Positions 14,403 to 24,520 of a DNA stretch of 50,434 nucleotides are shown here, piece after piece. Each line of letters begins with the position of its first letter. Within the stretch, counting starts at the first letter, position 1. Position numbers and translations under genes: made by a program. This DNA comes from Guillardia theta CCMP2712 (taxonomy: Eukaryota; Protista; Cryptophyta), in the NCBI RefSeq assembly GCF_000315625.1, contig NW_005434623.1, forward strand, positions 481,369-531,802. Direction: 5' to 3'. The notes below the pieces were generated by a model. That model was not told the origin of the DNA and ran no database searches. It was given only the letters and a program-made list of their open reading frames with translations.

Positions 14403-17400
14403 GGGATGTTATTCCTCCTGCATGCTCCTGCTGCTTGTTGCTTGATTGCTTGACCTAAGGGCTGCTTGTGCTTGAGGCACTTTTTATCTGCTGCCAGTAA
14501 ATCCTATATTGCTTGTCTGCGCGGCTTCGCGCTTGGGCTGGCGATGCCGCGTCTGGGTGCCAGCAGTGCTGGTTCTTTTCGGGCTTGTGTTTTGTGTGTG
14601 TTTGTGCAGCTTCTCGCTGTGGACTGTGTACCTGCCGGTTCAGCTTGTTCCTGCTTTGTTTTGCTTGAGGCACTTTTTATCTTCTGCCAGTAAATCCTAT
14701 AAGGAGTCTCGCGGACATCATTGCTCAGCGCTCGATGCCTCTTGAGGATGCGGCGTTTGGTCGGCACTTCGTGCCTGATGACGGCCCTGCTGCTGAGGTC
14801 TTGGCTCGCAAACGCGCCGCCACCTATCAGCGCCTCACTATGCAGCTGACGCTGGAAGCGCTCTTGTCTGGTGCGAGGCGCATGACGCCCTTGCGGGCGC
14901 AAGCACTTCTCGAGCCAGAGGACAGCTCCTCCTCGGACTTTGTCGAGTCGCCCGCGGAGTCTTCGCCGGAGGTCTCCGACTCCGATGGGGGACACCCTTC
15001 GAGTGGCGCCGACGATCGGCGCGGAGCTGGCGAGGCGTCTCCGTCCCTCACTGTGACGTCGGGTGCCTCCGGAGAGCTCGACACCACTGGAAGATATAGG
15101 ATTTACTGGCAGAAGATAAAAAGTGCCTCAAGCAAAACAAAGCAGGAACAAGCTGAACCGGCAGGTACACAGTCCACAGCGAGAAGCTGCACAATCACAC
15201 ACAAAACACAAGCCCGAAAACAACCAGCACTGCTGGCACCCAGACGCGGCAGCGCCAGCCCAAGCGCTGGGTGCTTACTGCTGGTCCGAGCTCGCCTGCT
15301 TCCTCCCCGGCATCGGTCGGGTCACGCCGGTCCTTGGGCATTGCCGCGGCGTCGCCGCCGTCACGGGCGGCTCGGCTACCGCTGACTCGGAGGCTAGCGA
15401 GGAGGACACTACAGAGGATTTACTGGCAGAAGGTAAAAAGTGCCTCAAGCAAAGGACTACCTCGAGCGGTACCGTGTTCCTGTGTCCAGCCTCCCTCCGT
15501 CCGCTGCCCCAGGCGGACCCCCGGGCAACGCCGGCTCCTTGTCGGCGGCTGCCCTTTCTCCGTCCGCGGCCGCCCGCTTTGTGGCGGCAGCGGACGTCTC
15601 GACTGACAGTGGTCAGTCGGCTGCCTCCGGGTATCGCGTCTAAGGGATGTTCTTCCTCCTGCATGCTCCTGCTGCTTGTTGCTTGATTGCCTGACCCTTC
15701 GGCTGCTTGTCTGCGCGGCTTCGCGCTTGGGCTGGCGGTGCCGCGTCTGGGTGCCAGCAGTGCTGGTTCTTTTCGGGCTATGTGTTTTGTGTGTGTTTGT
15801 GTTTAGCTTGTCCTGCTTTGTTTTGCTTGAGGACTTTTTACCTTCTGCCTTTCCTGCTTTGTTTTGCTTGAGGCACTTTTTACCTTCTGCGAGTAAATCC
15901 TATACTGAGTAAATCCACTGGCGTGACCCGACCGATGCCGGGGAGGAAGCAGGCGAGCTCGGACCAGCAGCAAGCACCCCAGTGGTGTCGAGCTCTCCGG
16001 AGGCACCTGACGTCACAGTGAGGGACGGATATAGGATTTACTGGCAGAAGATAAAAAGTGCCTCAAGCAAAACAAAGCAGGAACAAGCTGAACCGGCAGG
16101 TACACAGTCCACAGCGAGAAGCTGCACAAACACACACAAAACACAAGCCCGAAAAGAACCAGCACTGCTGGCACCCAGACGCGGCATCGCCAGCCCACGG
16201 AGACGCCTCGCCAGCTCCGCGCCGATCGTCGGCGCCACTCGACGTGTTTCCCCCATCGGAGTCGGAGACCTCCGGCGAAGACTCCCCCTCGGGCGACTCG
16301 ACAAAGTCCGAGGAGGAGCTGTCCTCTGGCTTATGCCAGTAAATCCTCGCACCCGCTCGAGAAGTGCTTGCGCCCGCAAGGGCGTCATGCGCCTGGCACC
16401 AGACAAGAGCGCCTCCAGCGTCAGCTGCATAGGGAATATAGGATTTACTGGCAGAAGGTAAAAAGTGCCTCAAGCAAAACAAAGCAGGAACAAGCTAAAC
16501 CTCCAGGCACACAGTCCACAGCGAGAAGCTGCACAAACACACACAAAACACAAGCCCGAAAAGAACCAGCACTGCTGGCACCCAGACGCGGCATCGCCAG
16601 CCCAAGCGCGAAGCCGCGCAGACAAGCAGCCTAAGGGTCAGGCAATCAAGCAACAAGCAGCAGGAGCATGCAGGAGGAAGAAAATCCCTTAGACGCGATA
16701 CCCGGAGGCAGCCGACTGACCACTGTCAGTCGAGACGTCCGCTGCCGCCACAAAGCGGGCGGCCGCGGACGGAGAAAGGGCAGCCGCCGACAAGGAGCCG
16801 GCGCTGCCCGGGGGTCCGCCAGGGGCAGCGGACGGAGGGAGGCTGGACACTGGAACACGGTACCGCTCGAGCTTGGTAGTCCTCCTCGCGGCTAGCCTCC
16901 GAGTCAGCGGTAGCCAAGTCAGTGGTAGCCGCCCGTGACGGCGGCGACGCCGCGGCAATGCCCAAGGACCGGCGTGACCCGACCGATGCCGGGGAGGAAG
17001 CAGGCGAGCTCGGACCAGCAGCAAGCACCCCAGTGGTGTCGAGCTCTCCGGAGGCACCCGACGTCACAGTGAGGGACGGAGACGCCTCGCCAGCTCCGCG
17101 CCGATCGTCGGCGCCACTCGAAGGGTGTCCCCCATCGGAGTCGGAGACCTCCGGCGAAGACTCCTCGGGCGACTCGACAAAGTCCGAGGAGGAGCTGTCA
17201 ATAGGGGGGTATAGGATTTACTGGCAGGAGGTAAGCAAAACAAAGCAGGAACAAGCTGAACCGGCAGGCACACAGTCCACAGCGAGAAGCAGAAGCTGCA
17301 TAGTGAGGCGCTGATAGGTGGCGGCGCGTTTGCGAGCCAGGACCTCAGCAGCAGGGCCGTCATCAGGCACGAAGTGCCGACCAAACGCCGCATCCTCTTG

Positions 17401-18900
17401 CTTGAGGCACTTTTTAAATCCTATTCTCAAGAGGCATCGAGCGCTGAGCAATGATGTCCGCGAGATACCAGATGAAGCGGAGGGTGTCAGGATGCAGGGT
17501 ACCGTCCGGCGAGATGGCAAGAGGGATGAACGCTCGAGGAGGAGTACCAGCCCATGTCACGGACGGTACAATGGATTTACTGGCAGAAGGTAAAAAGTGC
17601 CTCAAGCAAAACAAGCAGGAACAAGCTAAACCTCCAGGCACACAGCACACAGCGAGAAGCTGCACAAACACTCAAGCAAAACAAAGCAGGAGTCGGAGAC
17701 CTCCGGCGAAGACTCCTCCTCGGGCGGGGTACTTTACCTTCTGCGATTAAAACTTAGACCTTTGGTACTGCTGCAGCGTCGTCGCCGTCGATCACCGATG
17801 GCCGGGCCCTGTTGGAAGCAAAACAAAGAAGGAAAAAGCTAAACCTGCCATGCACACAGCGCACAGCAAGAAGCTGCACAAAAATCAAGACCAAAAGTAC
17901 ACTGGCAGGCTGGCAACTGTCACAGCGGGGCCGCGCCGAGGCCGACCGTCTCAGGCTGGTGCTTCGAGGGTGCCCCGCCGGGATGCACACGGCGGTGGCA
18001 ACGCGGCGGGTCCCGGCGAGCCTCCGACCGTCGGTGACGGCCGGGCCAGACGACAAGAGAATTTTACTCGCGGCCGGATCATCGGATCAGGGTAAGGCCC
18101 TCGGAACCTGGGAGCCGCGACGGCGAGTGCGGCACTGCCAAGCTGAACCAGACCCGGGCTACACTGCCGCTGACTGAGCCCACGCGGGAAGCCACGGTAG
18201 ACAAGCCGCAGAGAGGGGCAAGCAACGAGCACCGGCGTCACTATATCGGCACACAGCGGCAGCCGGGCCCGGTGGCAGCCCGGCTGACTGACCGCCGCCG
18301 GGGGCCCTAGTACGTCCGCCGCAGCCGCTTGTCGGAGTCACCAGTCACTGTGGCACGGTGGGCCTGGCAGAGCCGGGTCGCGGACGGAGAAAGGGCAGCC
18401 GCCGACAAGGAGCCGGCGCTGCCCGGGGGTCCGCCTGGGACGACTGACGGTCGGACAGCGGTCAGTCGGATGCCTCCGCCGCCGCCGCCGGCCGGGGTCA
18501 GTATCGCGTCTAAGAGACTGTTTCATCATGTCTCGGAGGTCCCCATCATTGTGCTCCTGCTGCTTGTTAAACCTCCTACAGACTGTTGCTTGCGGCCCTC
18601 CCTGCTTGAGTCTGCGCGGCTTCGCGCGTAGGCTCAGCGGCTGGCGGTGCCGGGCGTCTCAGTCTGCGCGGCTGACAAGACTGCCGGAGCCTCGGAGGCT
18701 CATCATGAGTCCCCCGGACCCGGCATGCGGGCCTTCCGAGTTCGGCCCGGCCTCAGTTGAGTTAAAAATCAGGTCGATAGTAGGGGTCAGCGAGGGGAAA
18801 GGGGTGGGTGGGGTAGGTGAGGGTGTGGCGGCGGAGGTATGGGCCCGAGGAAGAGCGGGCGAGGGGATGGGGGAGGGGCCGGAGGAGCAGCGGGAACGCC

Positions 18901-18974
18901 GGGAGCAGGGGGAGCAGGGGGAGCAGGGGGAGCAGGGGGAGCAGGGGGAGCAGGAGCGGGAGCAGGGGGAGCAG
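18901..18974 (+). repeat. (GGGGAGCAG)n 9-bp repeat
   Basis: Seen directly. Confidence 0.9.
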
Positions 18975-19068
18975 GAAGGTACGAGATTTCACAGTGTCTC
19001 CGTTAGAGATTCTGACAGCATGGTAGTGTTCTCTCACCTGCGAAAGCGTCGAGACTAGACATACGTAC

Positions 19069-21178
19069 ATGGCAACAACCCCAGGTCCTCCCAGACTTTA
19101 CCGCATGTTCCATTAACTATGAGTGAGGATAGATCAGTTCTTTCATGAAACTGATGGGCTTTGACCCTCAACCGCTTGAGAATGATGGTGAGTTCCGTGT
19201 AGACACATGCTCTGAGGATGAGAGTCTTGCACCTACAGGCGTTCCCGCACGCTACTTGGCAGACTTGGATGAGGATGATTTCATGCTCTTGGGGCTCTCG
19301 CAGGTGACCGTGAGATTCGCCTAGCAGTAGTTGTGTTGCCGCTAGTTCTCATTGCCCGACATTACCCTTGTCTCGCGATGTTTGAAGGCGGCAAATATTC
19401 CTTCTGCTCGGCCACTTGAAGCAAGAATGCTCGTGACATCTCTTAAGAAGTAGCCGAGCTAGAGTGTACATCCCTCTCAACCTTGGACCCTCAACCTTTT
19501 CTCCTCATTTCATCCTGCCCCCCACTCACGATCCACCAGGAACAGGCACGACTTTTGGTGTCCGACGTACAATGTCTTATTACAGGTAGGATTGGAGGGT
19601 TCAAATCGTGATTGCGTTGATGCTGGTCCAGGCGTACCGGTGGAGTTAGAGCTTGCCGATGCTCCAACTTCAGCGGCCGGTGAGCAACGCGTTGGGACGA
19701 GGGGTTGTTAAAGACACCGAGGCAGGGTCGCTTCTGTTGAATCACCTGGAAAGGGGAAGCGAGCAAGTACTGTTACGACTGTTCCATTGTCTCTTGGTTG
19801 ACTTCCTCTGTAGGATCAAATCCTTGCCGCCAAGACTTTGCCGAAAATCTGTCCAAGAGGGGAGAAGCGAGTAGTGTCAGCACTGGCGTGCAAGGTGCAG
19901 GGCATTGAGGTGTGAGTTAGACGCAGCCCTGACAAGGTCTACGGGCAGCTAGAGGGCTGCTCACCGAAGCTCTTAGTCGTCGTGATTGAAGCTTTGAGAG
20001 AGCTGGCTCCCAAGGTCTCACGCTCCGAGCTCATCCCTGCTTGTGACTATGACCCAGGGCGATTCTGGGATGATCAACAGTCTGAGCAGATACCTTTTTG
20101 TCGATGATGCGAAGGTGAGAGGTGCTTGCTATCGATGGTGGGTCGCGAATTTGGGATGTCTCAGGTGCGACGAGCGACGATTATGGCACTGCAAGGTATC
20201 ATAGAACAAGACGAGAGGAACCTCAAGTTGGCAAACATGCTGCTTGCTCACCTCGAAGACTCCGACCCTTCGGTCCGTGCTGCTGCGGTCAGGATGCAAG
20301 CTTCTGCAGCAGAGAAGAGCTGACCTGTTGACCTGTGTGCAGACTGACGCTCTCGGAAATTTCAAGAAGAACGATGAAGACATCCTGTGGGGTATCCGTC
20401 ACAAGATCGACTTCGGTCCTCCTTTTGCTCGAGCTGCTGCAGTCCGTACCCTTTCTCGCCTTGTAAATCAGCTCTGGCTCGAGAGTCCGACGACTTGACA
20501 ATGACCTGAGGTACATGAAGGAGACCAGAACTCCTTGTCCATTGTCTTCCACGCACTTCAAGACCCCGAAGAGCAGGTGATGAAGGAGGTCACTGATGGT
20601 AACAGTCTCACTAACCCGCAGGTTCGGTCGTCTGCAGTCAAGGTGATCACCGACGCGAGCCTCAGCGCTCGTGACGACGTATATGGAGACACGGAGATGT
20701 GAGACGTGGAAGTGAGATGCTGTGACAGGGAGTACGCGAGAGATTCTTGAGCCTCACGCTGCAGTACATGCTGCATCCTCTCCCTGCTGTCCGACAGTCG
20801 GCTGTGCAGGTCGAGCGTGCCTATGACCCTTCGTCCCTTGACTTTCAACTGTCAGGTTGCAAGCAAAGTGTCGCTCAAAGGGAATCAGAGGATATGTGGT
20901 CAGATGCTCTTCATGCTGCAGGTGAGGGAGAGGGGAAGGAGAGGAAAGGTTGACGGGTTCACAGGATTCAGACTGGGGGGTGAGAAGAGAGGCAGCGCTT
21001 GCCTTGTCACTGCTGGGGGATCGCACGGACGACAAAGTGATGCAGGTACAGGAGACTCAGCTTTTCCTTGTGCTGATTCGCTGAAATCCCGCAGGGCTTG
21101 CAGGCGCTCCAGGGAGATTGCGAGCGCCATGTCAGAGAGGCAGCAAGAGAAGCTTCTACACGGCTGCAAGGAACTTGA
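19069..21178 (+). CDS. HEAT-repeat protein with possible N-terminal SAM-like segment, many exons
   Basis: HEAT motifs LAHLEDSDPSVRAAA, ALQDPEEQVRSSAV, LHPLPAVRQSAV, LQGDCERHVREAA. Early exon LADLDEDDFMLLGLS is SAM-like. Stop TGA at 21176-21178. Confidence 0.72.
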
Positions 21179-21444
21179 ACCCAGCATGCCACGCGAGGGA
21201 CAGCTAGGGATAAGTGGAGATAGGGGAGGATGGAGATGGAGAAGCAGGAGGGTTAGTCTCGTTTCACTTCAAGGTAACTTAAAATCTCTAGATCTGATGA
21301 GGTCTGTCACTTGCGAGAGATGTCAAGGACCACAGAGCAGCTGGACTGGAGCCCGGGAGAAGCAGGCAAACTGCACGTGCGAATCAGACTGCCGCCTCCA
21401 GCTCCGCCCCAAGATGGAGAGTGAGGCAGCAAGGAAGATGGCTG

Positions 21445-21948
21445 TTAATGGTCTCTGGGAAGCTCGTAGACAGCTGGGGGTTGGAAGAAAGCGAACCAGC
21501 CGTAGCCGGCGGTGAGGATGCTTAGGATCACGATCTTGAGAGCCCCGAAGAAATGCCCGGCCATCGTCCCGTCATCCTGAGCATGTGCCGCCACTACAGC
21601 GGCGAGGGATGCGGCGAAGCAGCCGAAGTAGCCTTGGATGAAAGCTCGCTTCACGTATCCGTCGTCCACCTTGGCCACCACCCACACCAGCCAAGCCTGC
21701 GTGCCAAGAAGAGCACCGTAGAGGCGGATCATGAAGTGGGCCACAGAGCCCTGGGAGTTGCTGGCGCCAGCGCCCGAGTGAACGCCGTCAGAGACAGAGC
21801 CGTCGGTAAAGAAGACGCCAAAGGCCTTGGGGAAGACGAAGGCGATGAGACCGGCGAAGGCAGAGACATAGACCTGGAAGAGGAAGAGACTGCGGAGCCT
21901 TCGCTTTTGTGAGAGAGCCTCAGGGAGAAAGGCTGATAGATCCGTCAT
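21445..21948 (-). CDS. 167-aa four-TM membrane protein, TP53I11/PIG11-like
   Basis: Intronless ORF with four hydrophobic segments. IRLYGALL resembles the IRLYGGALL motif of TP53I11 (recalled, not searched). Confidence 0.7.
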   Translation of the reverse strand: MTDLSAFLPEALSQKRRLRSLFLFQVYVSAFAGLIAFVFPKAFGVFFTDGSVSDGVHSGAGASNSQGSVAHFMIRLYGALLGTQAWLVWVVAKVDDGYVKRAFIQGYFGCFAASLAAVVAAHAQDDGTMAGHFFGALKIVILSILTAGYGWFAFFQPPAVYELPRDH

Positions 21949-22607
21949 GTCGCACTATCGGACTTCAGGGAGAATCTAAAAGGAACATGAGATGATAGAT
22001 ACAACTTTCAAGTATTGCATGATAGCATCGGTTGACCAAGTCTTTTCTCATGACCTACTGGATCTTTTGTCATGTCCGACCTACTACTAAACTTCTTCGC
22101 TTCATTGTTTAACCAAATCATCTGAATCACCATGATCCATTTCAACATGATTGTATTCTCTGAGGACCCAAATCTGTTCTATTCTGCTTCTTCACATTTC
22201 CTTTCTGATAGTAAAATACATCGTTACCTCTCATCACTTCATCTATGCTATCATCTCTCCTGTCATCCTCTAATCGCTTCATCTATGACATCTATTACTC
22301 CTTCTCTCCTCCTCTCTGTCTGCCATCCTTTCTATCCTGCTTTCCCACTTTCTACTACAGCACCCCTTGTCATGGCCGCCATGCTCGCGTGCCGGGTTCA
22401 AATGGAATGGAATGATTGGTATTTTTTTCATCAAATATTTGAAATGGTAATGGCAGTATTGAATCGAAAGAGAGAAAATTGGTGTATGGCATGAATCAGA
22501 CATTTCCAATTTGCAGTCTTTGAATATGAATGCCATTCGCATCAGTTCAATTTTCATAAGAGATTTCTGCCTGGGTCTTGAAATTTCAAAATATTATTAT
22601 ACTTTGA

Positions 22608-23600
22608 GGCCCGGCGTAAACTTTACTCAGTTACCGATCCGGGAGAGTCCGACAGAGGTGACCGTCTGACTCAGGGCCGGGCGCAGCCGCCGCGGCACCG
22701 GCCCGGCGCGGGCCGGGCGTGGCGATTGGCCGCAGTGGACCGTCCGATCCGACTCGGCACTCAGGCTGATGATCCGACTGAGTGCCCACTCTCAGGCTGT
22801 CACAGTGTCGGCCCCGGACCACGGTCACCACTAGCTCCCGGCGTCACCGTCACTGTGTGACTACACTCAGTGTCACGGTGATCGGACTCCCGACTCGTCC
22901 CGCCGGAGTCCCCGTCACCGCGTGACCGAGGCCCTCAGTAGGCTGACCGTACCGTAGTACGGGCTCAGCGCCCGGCCGGGCGGCCCTGCCGTGGCGTGAG
23001 CATCATGACGGTTCAATGGTTGGCACTGTGCCAGCACGGTGGCCAGTGCGGCACACGCTCAGCGGCACTGCATATCAGGCTGAGTAGCCTAGTAACCGGC
23101 GGCCGCCCCGTCACGAGTCAACGGTCCGGGTTGAACCCGGCCGGGGCCGCCGTCAGTAGACTCCGAACCGGGTTCAGCCGCCGGCCGGGCCCCGCCGGTG
23201 ACCGGTGCCGATCCGGCGCCCGGGGCCCGGGGCGTCAGATTGATCGGAGTGACGGTGTGACCGTCCGACCCCGGGCCCCGGGCCCCAGGCGGCGGCTGGG
23301 TTCCGTCCCGTACGGTACCGTCGCGGCCGGTCACTGAGTAGGCGCGGCCCGGCGCGGCCCGCCGGCGCCGGGCGCGCGGCTCCGACCGGCGTACGGTACT
23401 GACAGGGCCGTACCGTAGTGACAGGCTACCCGGGGCCGGGCTGCAGTGCGGCCCGGCCGGCCAGCGGCGGCCCGGCCGCAGGCCGGAGGCTGTCACGCCC
23501 GGCCCGGGCCGCGGCATTCAATGATGCGGCAGGCCCGGGCCCGCCGGCTGTGCGGCGGCGGTGAGTACAGATGACGTACGGTACGCGACGAGCCTCGCAG
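22608..23600. other. GC/CpG-rich island dense in short palindromes and hairpins, non-coding, with AT-richer flanks
   Basis: Sharp compositional shift. Hairpins such as CCGGGTTGAACCCGG (23126-23140) and TGGCACTGTGCCA (23021-23033). ORFs are only low-complexity R/G/P/A. Confidence 0.85.
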
Positions 23601-24520
23601 AGAGTTGGGGATCGAAATGTACTACAATACCTACACCCCACCCCACCCTATAGCTCAACTTGAATGCCTAGATGAGGGGTCCACTGGTCAATTGGGGACT
23701 GACACTGGCTCATAAAAATGATTATTACAAAATTTATTATTATTTTAATTTTGATGTAATCATTTGTCAGAAAAAGCACTACAAAAGGGTGGGTACTTGC
23801 GAGTGAAAGAAGGGGGTAGAGTTACCAAGAAGGACTATACTTGTACCCCCTTTTTGCAGACTTTATGCCATACGCTCACTGGGTGGGTACTCCTAGTCAT
23901 TCATTAAAGTATTATTGTTATACAATAAGTTGTAAACTTAAAACAAAAAAGGAACCGAATGTGGACATTGTGGAGGAGATGGATATGAAGTGCAAGGAGA
24001 AGAAGGAAAGATGTATGCAACAAGGAGCGAAAGATGCATGCTAAAAGATTTCATCCTCGTGACGAGCCATGAGAGAATCAATCAGCAACTCATTGATGTG
24101 CAAGGACTCATTCAATAATAAGAAAACTAGGGTGGACTGGTAGTTGGAGAACAAAAGAATTCAAAGATTTCAGAGGGTCAGCAGGGTAGCAGACATAAAG
24201 GAAGTTGCACGAGGTAGATAGTAGGCAAACTTGAGAAACCAATCGGAAAGCAAAATGGAAAAATAAGCAACATATACTAGCAGGTATGATTTGAGAACCG
24301 ACAAGAAATACATACACTCTCACTCTTACCTTGGTGCAAGGCAACAGGAGTTTGATTTCATCAAAGATAGACTGATGTGTGACCCGATTATGCTGTAAAG
24401 CTCACAGTAATGAAAAGATTATGACAAGGATGCGAGGAAAAAACGTAACGATGTGCAGAGGTTGAGGATGTGGTTTACAGGGACTGAAGGGTCTTGGCGG
24501 TAGCAGGCAAGCAGGACATT

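Larger units (their letters stand above)
11245..18760. mobile_element. Nest of fragments of one RLE-type (CRE-like) non-LTR retrotransposon family in both orientations
   Basis: The same ~1.5 kb 3' region recurs at 12236-12718(+), 12724-12935(+), 12936-14701(+), 14707-15905(+), 15917-17546(-) and 16436-17199(-). Degraded copies lie at 11360-11405 and 17570-18760. Confidence 0.9.

Noticed and set aside
12236-15905. Repeated 3' segments read as LTRs, or as a telomeric HeT-A-like array
   Set aside because: No TG...CA termini, PBS, gag or integrase. The array is internal, flanked by genes and bidirectional.
14470-17600. Recurrent ~40-bp unit separated by other sequence, superficially CRISPR-like
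   Set aside because: Units vary in length and orientation, are 3' ends of a LINE with TSDs, the intervening DNA is the same element, and there are no cas genes.
11364-18193. 17-bp inverted match read as the terminal inverted repeat of a DNA transposon
   Set aside because: Both copies are internal to degraded retrotransposon 3' UTRs, with no TSD or transposase.
22631-23641. ORFs within the GC island
   Set aside because: Low-complexity R/G/P/A frames caused by stop-codon scarcity, with no domain or splice pattern.
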